Shown piece after piece: positions 40,933-51,026 of a stretch of DNA of 64,000 nt. The notes under the pieces are model-generated. The model was not told the origin of the DNA, did not search any database, and saw only the letters and a list, made by a program, of their open reading frames with translations. The position numbers were made by a program, and so were the translations under genes. The DNA is taken from NCBI GenBank assembly GCA_963833985.1, contig CAWIAD010000002.1, forward strand, positions 2,048,001 through 2,112,000, given 5' to 3'. Positions within the stretch are counted from its first letter, which is position 1, and every line of letters begins with the position of its first letter. Source of the DNA: an uncultured Planctomycetaceae bacterium (GTDB lineage: Bacteria; Planctomycetota; Planctomycetia; Isosphaerales; Isosphaeraceae).

Positions 40933-42482
40933 TGAACAATCTCGAGCTTCCCGACGTTCCGTTGATCGGCATCGATTTCGGCAGTGCATACACCAAGGTG
41001 GCGTTTCGGAGCAAGCCGCGTGAGCCATCTCAGATATTGACGGATCTGAACCTAGCCTTCGATGAAGACCACATCTGTATCCCCTCGATCCTTGCCTCAA
41101 CCACTCGATCAGACGGCGTCCGGTGGGTCTGCGGGCCGGATGCAGATGGTCTTATCGAAGGCGACGGAATCAAGATCCATCGCAACTGGAAGCAAGCTCT
41201 GTTTCGAGAAAAAGGATCGCCATCACCCGGCTCGAAGAAGCTCTCTGACGATGAAGTGGATGAGCAGCTCGCGTCCTTTTTTCGGGATTTGACGGCTCGA
41301 TCGAAAGAAGATCAACTCATTCGAAGTCTAGCCAGGGTATTCGAGATCCGGCCTCGGGTTGTCCGTCGCCTGGTGATGACCCATGAACTTGACCCGAGCC
41401 AGCTGGAGTCAGCGGCGAGGATGGTCGGAGTTCTGGGGGATTCCATGGGGCCCCTGCCGACATCGTCGGGCCTAGCGGTAGCAGACTCCACGGACACCGA
41501 TGTCAGACTGGTTGCCATCGAATTCTTCAAGTGGCTCCGCGAATACGTCCAGGACTACGCCGGTCGCAATCAATTGCCGGCCCCAGATCAAACACGGGTC
41601 AGGATTTGCGGTCCGGCGTTCTCTAAGAGCACTGCCAGTGGAACCCCTTTAGGAGCAGAGCTGCTCCACGACATACTCGTCACGACTGGCTGGCAACCGG
41701 ATTCTGAGAAGTGGTTTGTCACGGAACCCTCCGCCAATGCGATTGGGACGCTGACCCATGGGAAAAACTGGTTATGGTGGCCTGATCGAGAACCCAGAAC
41801 ACTGAGCATTCATTGGGGGCAAATGTTCCAGAGCAAGGCTCTACGCTCGGCTTTCAGCGAACGGAAAGGAGACCATTTGCTCTGCGTCGTCGATGTGGGA
41901 GCTTTCACAACCGACTTCGCTGTACTTCGATTCAACACGTCCAATCCTGACCTTCCTCCGAAAACTCAATCACACTCCGTCCGTCTCGGAATCGCGAAGC
42001 TCGACGAAGAAATCATGGCTCAGCTACCTGCGGAGACCGCGTCGATTATCAAGCGTTTTAACGGGAATCTGTGGGAGGATTTCAAACGGCGGGTTTATTC
42101 TCGGCGGGAGCCCTTCTATTACGACAACAAGCAGCTGTGTGCTGGTACCGAGCGGGAAATCATCGATAGGATAATCCATGAATTTGCAGAGAGAGCGGCC
42201 CAGGAAGCCGACAGTTTCTTGGAAGAAAGCGGTTTCGATTGTATCGACCAATTGGTAATGACCGGCGGCGGCAGCCAGATTCCTCAAGTCTCCGAGGCTG
42301 TTTACTCACGGCTCAGGCAAACGCGGCCTCGGACCTTTAACCGGGTGACTGTCGTTCATGTCCCTGGTCAGCACCTCCTGGCATCGATGCCCGCAAGGCA
42401 TGTGGTCCCACGTGATCTCAGCCGTGGTGCGACAGCACTGGGCTGTTCGAATGTATTTTTTGGTCACCCGAGGACAGTGTGA
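40929..42482 (+). CDS. Hsp70/actin-fold ATPase, nucleotide-binding domain only
   Basis: Phosphate-1 GIDFGSAYTK, VTEPSA, phosphate-2 VDVGAFTTD, adenosine TGGGSQIP, RGATALG then stop; ATGA overlap with the GrpE-like gene. Confidence 0.8.
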   Translation: MMNNLELPDVPLIGIDFGSAYTKVAFRSKPREPSQILTDLNLAFDEDHICIPSILASTTRSDGVRWVCGPDADGLIEGDGIKIHRNWKQALFREKGSPSPGSKKLSDDEVDEQLASFFRDLTARSKEDQLIRSLARVFEIRPRVVRRLVMTHELDPSQLESAARMVGVLGDSMGPLPTSSGLAVADSTDTDVRLVAIEFFKWLREYVQDYAGRNQLPAPDQTRVRICGPAFSKSTASGTPLGAELLHDILVTTGWQPDSEKWFVTEPSANAIGTLTHGKNWLWWPDREPRTLSIHWGQMFQSKALRSAFSERKGDHLLCVVDVGAFTTDFAVLRFNTSNPDLPPKTQSHSVRLGIAKLDEEIMAQLPAETASIIKRFNGNLWEDFKRRVYSRREPFYYDNKQLCAGTEREIIDRIIHEFAERAAQEADSFLEESGFDCIDQLVMTGGGSQIPQVSEAVYSRLRQTRPRTFNRVTVVHVPGQHLLASMPARHVVPRDLSRGATALGCSNVFFGHPRTV

Positions 42483-42715
42483 TTTCATACTATATAGGTA
42501 TATTATTCTATAAACAGATATAGTAATACTAGACGTTGATTTATTCCGCAATTACTGGTCTTCTGATCAATCTCACAGGCGGCTCATCGGGCAGGAACAG
42601 GGATAGACAGGACGCGACGAGATCAGGAATATGCCAGAGGTTCTTCGGACATCAAGCGATCTATCTTGAAGAAATGCGTTTGACTTCGTCGTGCTATAAC
42701 GGAAGAGCCACGCAG

Positions 42716-45700
42716 TCAATCGGTTTGTTGAGTTTTCAGTCGATCGACAAGCTGAGTCCCCTTGCCCAGGTCTGCCGCCTGCAATTCTTCAACTCTCCAT
42801 GGCGGGGCCGCCTCTCTCAATCGACGCCGGATGAAACGGTCCCTTCGGTAACGCTGTCCCGTGTGGAAGGCAGCACCGTCGATGTAGATGGCGAGACGTC
42901 TCTCCGGCACAGCGAAATCGGCCACTGAGATCGGCCCTTCTGAATCAGACGGGCCAATTGGCACTTGCTTCATCGGCGTGAAGCCATGTTGCTCGAAGAG
43001 TCTCAGGAACTTCAGTTCGAGCGGTGAGCCAACACCAGCCTCGAAGGCTTCGAGCCAGGGCCGTGGATCTTCGATGTCCCCTGTCTCCAGCCGACGGGAT
43101 TTCGGTTCGAGGTGAGCCAGCTCTTCCAGGACGTCCATGACCTGGGGCCATTTCAAGGACTCGTGGAACCGCTGGTTCTGATAAGACTTCAAACACCGAT
43201 AACAAGCCGTTTCGCAATCCGGGTGATCCAGATGCTCGATCGTCCTGCGAGCAACCGAGTGGAACTCGTCGGCAATCCTCCGAAGGTAGCCCGATCCTCC
43301 CAGGCTGGGATCGACGAACGCCAGGGAGATCATGTTGTACTGTCTCCCCAGGTCGGAGTGGAGCCATGGCCCCTCCATCTCGAAGTCAAGTTCATTGGCC
43401 CCCAGCATGCAGTAGTGCTGCATTCCGTATAACAGTGAGTAGCCAAGCGAAAGTCCCCAGGAGAGCCATTGATCGTCATCGAGGACTTGCGGCACCGGAA
43501 GCAAGAGGCGAAGTATCTCAGCCTGTCCCGCAGTCGTGATTGCCAACGGGGTCGGATTCTCCGCTCTTCTAGGGCAGGCGTCGCTATGCCCATTGTTGTC
43601 GTGAGGTCCCTGGTTGCCTGCCGCTCTGCGACGTCCGCCTCTCGGCTCTCGTTCGACCGGTGGTTGGGTCAAAATTCGGCCACACGAGGGGCAGAGCAAG
43701 TATCCCTTTGCCTCAGTGTGCAGAACGGCGACCCCTTGCTCGATCTCCCGGGGAGACGGTGTCTTCCCCTCATTAAGCCAGCGAACCCCCTCGTTCTGAC
43801 ACAATCGGAGGGCCCAGCCGGTCCCGATTGTCCAGCGTGCTACGACATTGCCGTCCCATTGAGGGTGGGTCCTGACCAGATTTCGCTCGGCGTAGCGTTC
43901 TTCCTCATCGAGGACGGGGTTCTCATTCCGAGCGGCGACAAATCCCGCGAACTCGTACGAGGGGAATGCTCTCCCAGGTGCGGAATGTCCACAGCGGGGA
44001 CACTTTGGTTCATCCGCGTGGTAACGGAGGTTGCAGGCATTGCATAGACGATATGACCAACTTGGTCCCTCGCTCTTCGGATTCCATGGCGAAGATGTGT
44101 CGAGGCCAATGACCTTCCAGCGTCGAGTGCGAGCATAGACGCTGGCTTCAGGTTGGAACTGGCCGATCCCAAAGCGTCGGGTCACGGTAACCGGGTCGTC
44201 CTCGTGGGCATCGCCTAAGAGTCGCAGAGAGGCTGGTTCGGTCGGGAACTCATAACCTGGTAGAATTCCGAACTCGGCGAAGCGGCGGAGCGGATACCCC
44301 GCGGATCGGTCATCGGCTTCAACTCCGCCCCTCTGCTGATCATTCGGCATGCCGAGCAACCGGCTGATGAGATTCCCAGCCTGCATCGCGGAATACGGGT
44401 GGTCGAGTCCCTCGGCGTAGGTCGCGACGGTTTGATGAAGCTGGGCAACCTGATAGGCGGTGCATTCGATCACATATTTGATCTTCTCGGGTAATCGCTC
44501 CAGTTGTTCGCGGAGTTGCTCTGGTTCCCATCGCACCACAGCAAGGACGTCGGCTTTCCACGCCTCGTTGGCGACTGCGAGGGCGTGGTCGATTTGGGCC
44601 TTCACGGCCTCGATCAGTGCGTTGACGGCGTCCCATTTGACCTCACCCTTGGGACTGACATAGTCAAACATTCTCCCGGCCAATCCCGGCTCCGCTGCAC
44701 CAAAGACGATTGCGTTCAGATGGCGGATCAGCACGTCTCGGTTGCCGAGTGAGACAGCCGGAGCGGGCACTTCACCAGCGATCATCTCCCGCGGCTTATC
44801 GAAGAAATACTGATCATGCGGCGTGCTGCGTGAGTAACTGACCACTAGCCCCACTCGCGATCGTCTACCGGCACGTCCGCCACGCTGAGCATAATTATCC
44901 GGACGGGGCGGTATGTTCCTCATGATGACTGCGTCAAGGCCGCCAACGTCGATTCCCATCTCGAGAGTCGGCGAGCACGCGAGAACGTTGACTGGTGAGA
45001 CTTCCGGCGGTGCTTTGAAGTTTTCCTCCAGCTTCGCCCGATCACCGGTCGTGATCTGGGCTGTGTGCTCACCTGCCACAAGTGGGACGGCCTCGGGTTT
45101 GCGAATGTGTCTCACCCAGCGGCTCTCGGCGACATCACTGTCCGACCATCGGACGAACTTGCCATGGCACCGTGGACAAGGCGACCGGGGACTTACACCC
45201 GAACGTGCATGGCCACAAACGTCGCAATGGAATCGTCCGTCTTCCTTCAGAAGTTCCAGCTTGACGACATCGGCATTGAGCTGAATGAGCTTGGCCCTCT
45301 GGCTGGCACCACAGAGGTCGACTGCGGTGAGAAAATTGCCACGTTTAAGGAACATGAGAAGCTCAACCATGAGGTTCTCGGTCGGCTCTTGCGTGCCGAA
45401 TCGATCACAGAGGTGTCGAAGGATCGCCTCCAAGCTTGGAGCTCGGCCTCCTGTCCCGGGTCTCCTCCAGGCATTATGGCACCGAATCCCAAAGGGGATC
45501 TCGGCCGCGTTGATGTACGGGAGTGGATTCCCCGCATCGTCCGCGGGATATCCCTGAGGCTGGGCGATCCGGCGTTCCCACTCGGCTTCCCTGAAAAACT
45601 TCGGGCAAGCAGGGTGTCGAGGGTGGTATCGAAGCATGTCGCGAGAGAGGGCCGCCCGCGTGCGGAACTCATCGAGGAAGACCAGGAGGATGTGCTCCAG

Positions 45701-48043
45701 GTTCTCTGGAGTGACCCCGAGCCGTTGCATCAAGTCTCCGCCCCTCGTTTTCACGTACTCGTCAAGGCGATGGTATCGGATACCAGCCAAACCGAGGTTA
45801 AAGAGCGTGGCACGATATCCGGCTGTGACGGCGATCTCGTCGAGGAGTGGTGCTTCCTCCCAGGCCTGAATCCGTTCCAGTGCTGCGTCCGGAACCCAGT
45901 CTGTATGCTCTGGAACGTGAGGATTGTCGTGATGAGTGACGGCCTCTTCTCGAAGCAGCTCGACGGCTCTCTGAAGTGTCAGAGCCGGCTCTGATTCGAG
46001 GATCTTCATGATCAGTCGTCTCATCCGATCGTAGCGGCTCGCGAACTGGATGAAACGGGCCTGGTGAGCCGCGTCTTGGCGGCTATCACTGAAAACGAGC
46101 AGCCGTTCCTTTCCGTCGTGATTCGGGTTTGACTGATTAAGTTCAGCAAGAATCTCAACAAGTCCCTCACCGAGCACTTTGACCGCAGCCGATGTCCCGA
46201 GACTGACCGGTGTGATGATGTTATGGCTTCCGCCCGGTTTGCCGCAGCAGACGCAGCGAGTACGTGCAGGGACAAGGGTCACGTTGAGCGAATAGCAGCT
46301 CGGGTCGCGGCTGAATTTCAAAGTCCATGGATCGAGCGAGCCATTCAAAATGGGGCGTTGACGGACCTGCTCAGGCATACGGTTCGGTCTGCGGGCTCGT
46401 GGCCTTTGAGGTGCGTCCTCTTCGTCCTGGTCATCATCTTCCGTCACCCCTCGGCTCTCGAACCGATCAGGCTGGTAGATCATCCATTCCGGACCATCAG
46501 TCTCAACTGCACTCGGTCGCAATGTTTCGTTTCCATCGTCCAGATCGCCGACGACGCGAAGATAGTCGGCCCCGCAATTGCGGCACAAATAGAGAGGAGC
46601 CGTGAGGAAATGGCACTCCTGACAATGCTCCTCTCCCATGGGATAGACTTTCCCACACGAGGGGTTCGTGCACCGGTGGAACTTCCAGCCTCCCCTGACA
46701 AAGCGGTGCGTACGAAGGCGAAGTTCCCCCGTAACCTCATCCGGAAGGGCGGCACCAAGGACGAGAGCCGATTCCACTTCCGCATTCAGGAGGTCATCAG
46801 CAACATCGCGTCGGTCGGCCACCTCGGACCGGACTTGCTGGACAATCTGGCTCAGGGACATCGGCCTTTTGATGAGCCAGTGGTTCATGTCCCAGAGCAA
46901 TCGATACCGGCGAACGGCATCGGCGAGCGGTGTGTCCAAGGGGAGGTTGGCAAGGCGACACAGCGATGAGCGGACGACCTCGGGATCGGAAAGGTCGAGC
47001 AATTTCAGGTCGACCGAGCCGGGTGATGGCGGGTAAAGAGCCTCGCTCGGGATCTCGATTTCCTGTAGCTCCTCACCGAGAACGCGGATTGTGGACGTCT
47101 GAACGCCGGTCAGGATACTGAAGAACTCTTGGACCGCCTGGTCGCGTACCTGAATCACTTGCTCCTGGGGTAGCCCCTCCTCGTCCATGCTTTTGATGGT
47201 CGCCGATGTGCCCACTGGGACAAGCAGGGGAAACCGACGAGACTGCTCATCAGCGGAGACCTCAACTCGCCAATCTTGCCGAGCACGGGCCAGGTGGGTC
47301 TTGAGACGCCGAACCAAGAGGGCGATGTTGCTGCCGAGGATCCCTCTGTAGGTGTGAACTTCGTCGAGCACAAGAAATCGGCAGCGATGATTGGCGAAGA
47401 TCCCCTCGCGGTCTGCGGGCCTGACGAGCAGGTATTCCAGCATCATGTAGTTGGTCAAGAGGATATGCGGCGGGTTCCGACGCATCTCCTCCCGCTTGGC
47501 CTGCGATGTTCCTCGATCGTATTGTTCGACGCGAATTGCCCCCGCGAGACCAGATGCGGAGAGGTAGTCCTCGATCCTCTGCTTCTGGTCATTTGCCAGG
47601 GCATTCATCGGATAAAGGAGGATAGCGGTCAGCCCGGCTCTGGTGTAGCGGGTGGCATCCTCGAATGCATTCTGTATCACTGGGAGGAGGAATGCCTCGG
47701 TCTTGCCGCTCCCGGTCCCCGTAGTGATCACGACCGGGACGGGCTGAGGTCCGAGTAGTTCCTCAATCGCCTCGGATTGGTGGATATAGGCTCGTCGCTG
47801 CAGTGTCCTGGCTTCCATCACCTCGGCCAGCTTCCTGTCGAGAGGCAATTCAGTCCATAGCTTGCCCTGTTTGAAGGGGCGATGAGCCTGGTAGAACGGC
47901 TCCTGGGCGAGGAATCGAGGAGCATCTAGCTCGCGTTCGAGTGCGGATCGCAACTCGGGATCCTTGGCCCGAAACTCGGTCCTCAGATAGTCGCGGTATT
48001 CTTGAATGACGTGATCCAGGGCTCGGATCGGGTGAAGGGCCAT
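42716..48043 (-). CDS. Large DEAD/DEAH helicase with Zn motifs, DUF1998 and a C-terminal Vsr/DUF559-like nuclease
   Basis: TGTGSGKT, YPMNALANDQ, DEVH, FSDSRQDAA, TLEMGID, QRGGRAGR, CETACYRCL and ADF...IDG..FH. Confidence 0.88.
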   Translation of the reverse strand: MALHPIRALDHVIQEYRDYLRTEFRAKDPELRSALERELDAPRFLAQEPFYQAHRPFKQGKLWTELPLDRKLAEVMEARTLQRRAYIHQSEAIEELLGPQPVPVVITTGTGSGKTEAFLLPVIQNAFEDATRYTRAGLTAILLYPMNALANDQKQRIEDYLSASGLAGAIRVEQYDRGTSQAKREEMRRNPPHILLTNYMMLEYLLVRPADREGIFANHRCRFLVLDEVHTYRGILGSNIALLVRRLKTHLARARQDWRVEVSADEQSRRFPLLVPVGTSATIKSMDEEGLPQEQVIQVRDQAVQEFFSILTGVQTSTIRVLGEELQEIEIPSEALYPPSPGSVDLKLLDLSDPEVVRSSLCRLANLPLDTPLADAVRRYRLLWDMNHWLIKRPMSLSQIVQQVRSEVADRRDVADDLLNAEVESALVLGAALPDEVTGELRLRTHRFVRGGWKFHRCTNPSCGKVYPMGEEHCQECHFLTAPLYLCRNCGADYLRVVGDLDDGNETLRPSAVETDGPEWMIYQPDRFESRGVTEDDDQDEEDAPQRPRARRPNRMPEQVRQRPILNGSLDPWTLKFSRDPSCYSLNVTLVPARTRCVCCGKPGGSHNIITPVSLGTSAAVKVLGEGLVEILAELNQSNPNHDGKERLLVFSDSRQDAAHQARFIQFASRYDRMRRLIMKILESEPALTLQRAVELLREEAVTHHDNPHVPEHTDWVPDAALERIQAWEEAPLLDEIAVTAGYRATLFNLGLAGIRYHRLDEYVKTRGGDLMQRLGVTPENLEHILLVFLDEFRTRAALSRDMLRYHPRHPACPKFFREAEWERRIAQPQGYPADDAGNPLPYINAAEIPFGIRCHNAWRRPGTGGRAPSLEAILRHLCDRFGTQEPTENLMVELLMFLKRGNFLTAVDLCGASQRAKLIQLNADVVKLELLKEDGRFHCDVCGHARSGVSPRSPCPRCHGKFVRWSDSDVAESRWVRHIRKPEAVPLVAGEHTAQITTGDRAKLEENFKAPPEVSPVNVLACSPTLEMGIDVGGLDAVIMRNIPPRPDNYAQRGGRAGRRSRVGLVVSYSRSTPHDQYFFDKPREMIAGEVPAPAVSLGNRDVLIRHLNAIVFGAAEPGLAGRMFDYVSPKGEVKWDAVNALIEAVKAQIDHALAVANEAWKADVLAVVRWEPEQLREQLERLPEKIKYVIECTAYQVAQLHQTVATYAEGLDHPYSAMQAGNLISRLLGMPNDQQRGGVEADDRSAGYPLRRFAEFGILPGYEFPTEPASLRLLGDAHEDDPVTVTRRFGIGQFQPEASVYARTRRWKVIGLDTSSPWNPKSEGPSWSYRLCNACNLRYHADEPKCPRCGHSAPGRAFPSYEFAGFVAARNENPVLDEEERYAERNLVRTHPQWDGNVVARWTIGTGWALRLCQNEGVRWLNEGKTPSPREIEQGVAVLHTEAKGYLLCPSCGRILTQPPVEREPRGGRRRAAGNQGPHDNNGHSDACPRRAENPTPLAITTAGQAEILRLLLPVPQVLDDDQWLSWGLSLGYSLLYGMQHYCMLGANELDFEMEGPWLHSDLGRQYNMISLAFVDPSLGGSGYLRRIADEFHSVARRTIEHLDHPDCETACYRCLKSYQNQRFHESLKWPQVMDVLEELAHLEPKSRRLETGDIEDPRPWLEAFEAGVGSPLELKFLRLFEQHGFTPMKQVPIGPSDSEGPISVADFAVPERRLAIYIDGAAFHTGQRYRRDRFIRRRLREAAPPWRVEELQAADLGKGTQLVDRLKTQQTD

Positions 48044-48094
48044 GGTACCAATCTCCACTTCGAGACGCCGGAACACTATTTGTTTGGACGGGCT

Positions 48095-49066
48095 TTAATT
48101 GTTGCGTAACCGCTCGTTCTCAGGCCGTAGGGCGTCGTTGAAAGCCTCGAGCTTCCCAACTGGGTGACGGCGAACTACGATCATAGCAAGCCGGACAGCT
48201 TCAGGATTACTCTCGGCGACCCACGGTCGATGAGTCTGGTAATTTGGGGGTTGTTCTTCCAGGAGCTTATCGTAGGCTTCTCGGGGACCGAAACCTGGTT
48301 CGCTCAACTTATCTACAATTCTCTCTGTGTAGTATTGTGCCAGGCCTTCAACCAATCCATTGTCACTCTTTGCGAAACTTCGGTCGCTCCAAGATCCCCC
48401 ATTTGCGTCGCTGCCACGGTGCGTGTAGGCGTGGGCTTGCTCATGAGCCAAGACGACGGACGTGAGGTCTTCAATACCAACCCGGAGCTCGTCGGCCACA
48501 AGTCCTATCACTTGCCAGTAGATCTCGATTCGAGGAACCTTCTCTCCTCGGCTCTCCTCGGCTGGTGAGTTCGAGAAGATATACGCTCCCAAGGTATCAT
48601 GACCGCTCTGGAGGATGAGCCTCACGAGGTTGACACCAGAGCTCCTCTCAAGGAGATCGTCTATCAAGCTGATAACTGGTGGGATGTTCTCGTCCCTCTT
48701 ATTAACGAGCCGCCTTCCCTGCTCGTTGGACAATAATGACTCCACCAGATCCGTGATTCGTTCAAGGCCGTGTCTCGTGAGACGCAAGATCGATCGATAT
48801 GTAGCGATATGGACCGCGAGCGGGTCGACATCCTCGATCCGAAAGAAGTGGAGATACTCGGGGACTCCAGGCTTTATTAGCACGGGGACGTTTACGTTCT
48901 CCTTTCGGCGATTCTCGAGAGTCCGATTCCGCTGTTTCTTCAGCAGCCGAGACTCCCGTCGCAGAAAGTCCTGGATCTTCGGTTTCAAGTTGCGACAACA
49001 TTTCTCGACGATCGCCTCGGACTCATCAGGAACACCTTTGAGCAGATCCTCGATACTGATGCCCAT
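48095..49066 (-). CDS. Zincin-like metallopeptidase
   Basis: LAHEQAH (HExxH) with downstream EGLAQY; GGAGG RBS. Confidence 0.7.
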   Translation of the reverse strand: MGISIEDLLKGVPDESEAIVEKCCRNLKPKIQDFLRRESRLLKKQRNRTLENRRKENVNVPVLIKPGVPEYLHFFRIEDVDPLAVHIATYRSILRLTRHGLERITDLVESLLSNEQGRRLVNKRDENIPPVISLIDDLLERSSGVNLVRLILQSGHDTLGAYIFSNSPAEESRGEKVPRIEIYWQVIGLVADELRVGIEDLTSVVLAHEQAHAYTHRGSDANGGSWSDRSFAKSDNGLVEGLAQYYTERIVDKLSEPGFGPREAYDKLLEEQPPNYQTHRPWVAESNPEAVRLAMIVVRRHPVGKLEAFNDALRPENERLRNN

Positions 49067-49147
49067 TCCTCACCCCTCCAGTTGCATTGCCAGAAACAAG
49101 CACGATCGGTAGCCCTTCAGTAGAACTTGGCGTCGGTTTGGCCTCGA

Positions 49148-50977
49148 TCATTCATGGACTGAAGTGCTGTTCCCTGTCAGCGGCCCGCCGAACTCACGCA
49201 AGACTTCCTCGGAGTCACGACCCGCGACAGCCTTGCCCATTGCCCCTTCGATCAAGTCAAGCAATCGTCGAGCCCGGTCTCGGATGAACTCCTCGAAACC
49301 GTCAGACCGCAGCAGAGCGGGATCGATCTGATGGCTCTGAAGGATTTCATCGAGGCGGGTTCTGGGCATATGGTGGTTTTGCTCGATCGACTTCAGGTAG
49401 GAGCTCGGGGCCTTACCCCCGATAATTCGATTCGACCTGGCAGAGAGCGGGGCCTTGTTGACGGCACTGTTCCAGTGGCTCCTGCGGTACTTCTGCTTCT
49501 CGCAAAAGGCTTTGGGAAAAATGTGGTGGATATCGATATTCATGTCGAAGTAAGCGGCTATCTCGATGGAATCGCCGCTCAAGAAGTCGTGACTTCCCTC
49601 CTTCATGAGCAGGGCCATAAGACCCTTGTAAGCCGCACTGAGACGGGACTGAAGGGTGAGCAACCTCGTTGGGCTGAACGACGCATCGCGGATTGTGCGA
49701 GGCGAGTCACCACCATGGATCCAGGCGATGACATCAGGGACATCGAGTGCGAAGCGAGTCTCGTTGGCTCCGCCGTAGAGCTCGCCAAAAACGCCAGACC
49801 AGAACCATTGAGCCAGCTTCTTGTGGACGGTGTCCTCGTCAAACCCCTTGTCGATGATGGCACAAATGGAAGCGAGGGGAATAAGTTGGGTTGAGTAAGG
49901 AAGAGACTTCGTGTCAAGGACCTTCTGGCGGGTGAGGAATCTCGCGGTCTTCTTCAGGCCCCGCTCTATGGCGTCGGCGTTCTCCTGGTATTCAGCGAGG
50001 CTGAGCTTCAACACGTCCCGCCGCTTGCACGAGACGGCCAGTTCGGGGTGTAGAGTCGCTCTTTTGTAGCTCGTCAACAGAGTCACCGCGGTCAGGAAAG
50101 CCGTTGCGTCGAGCTCCTCTAGGACCTGGTGCTCATTGATGCGGTTCTTCCGCTTCTCCCAGTCGCTTCGGAGATTGAAATTGTCGGCAGCAAAGATCGC
50201 GGTAACAAGTTCGAAGACGGTAAGCGTAACACCGCCCGTGTTGACCTTCTCGAAAACCTGGCAAACAGCTTCCTTGGGCGTATCCCGAAGAAGCTCGATC
50301 GTCGGGATGCGATAATCCTGGAACCGCTTGAAGACTTCGATTTCGAATCGTTGTATGCGGGCAATTCGCAGGTGATCGCCTTGAAATCGCGTTTCATACC
50401 CGTGCCGCCATTCAAAATAGCGAGAATGGTCGAAGATCGCTTCCAGAGGGAAGTACCCCTGCTCGTACTCCTTTTCAACCGAGCTGAGATCAAGCTCGAC
50501 CTTGCGTCCGAAATCGGAAGTGATCTTACGGTCTGATGGCAAAGAAAGGACGGCATCGATGCGGTCCTCGCCTTCGGCGAGGCACTTGGCGATGTCGAGA
50601 TAGTAAAAACGGTGGATCGGGTCGCCCTTCTCGGTTCGCGTGGGAACGGGTTTCCCGCTGACCAGGGCGAGAAAGAGCGATGTCATTCTCTGCTGACCAT
50701 CGAGGATGAGCCGATCGGGCTTCTTGCTGGGATTGGCCGAGACCCCCTCGACCAGTCTGGGCTGGAATTGAGCCCCGTCCCCACCGGTCTGCAACAGCAT
50801 CACTGCCCCGATTGGATAGGACATTGAAATGCTTGCAATCAAAGACCGAATGTGATCATCGTCCCAGACCCAGCCACGTTGAAAATCGGGCAGTTGGATG
50901 TCGGCCGACTGGATCTCCCTGAGAAGATCAGGAAGCGATGGTTCACCGGATCTGAATGTGCTGTTAATGGCGGGCAT
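49148..50977 (-). CDS. GmrSD-family type IV restriction endonuclease (DUF262 + HNH/DUF1524)
   Basis: PDFQRGWVW, LDGQQR, FEKVN and DIHHIFP...N...SN. Confidence 0.88.
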   Translation of the reverse strand: MPAINSTFRSGEPSLPDLLREIQSADIQLPDFQRGWVWDDDHIRSLIASISMSYPIGAVMLLQTGGDGAQFQPRLVEGVSANPSKKPDRLILDGQQRMTSLFLALVSGKPVPTRTEKGDPIHRFYYLDIAKCLAEGEDRIDAVLSLPSDRKITSDFGRKVELDLSSVEKEYEQGYFPLEAIFDHSRYFEWRHGYETRFQGDHLRIARIQRFEIEVFKRFQDYRIPTIELLRDTPKEAVCQVFEKVNTGGVTLTVFELVTAIFAADNFNLRSDWEKRKNRINEHQVLEELDATAFLTAVTLLTSYKRATLHPELAVSCKRRDVLKLSLAEYQENADAIERGLKKTARFLTRQKVLDTKSLPYSTQLIPLASICAIIDKGFDEDTVHKKLAQWFWSGVFGELYGGANETRFALDVPDVIAWIHGGDSPRTIRDASFSPTRLLTLQSRLSAAYKGLMALLMKEGSHDFLSGDSIEIAAYFDMNIDIHHIFPKAFCEKQKYRRSHWNSAVNKAPLSARSNRIIGGKAPSSYLKSIEQNHHMPRTRLDEILQSHQIDPALLRSDGFEEFIRDRARRLLDLIEGAMGKAVAGRDSEEVLREFGGPLTGNSTSVHE

Positions 50978-51026
50978 TTTCCTACTCTTATTTGTGGCGA
51001 GTCTTGTGGGCGTTCTCAGCCGTTGT

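Noticed and set aside
40174..42482. Housekeeping grpE-dnaK operon
   Set aside because: No substrate-binding domain, no dnaJ/hrcA, strongly divergent motifs, and an island location
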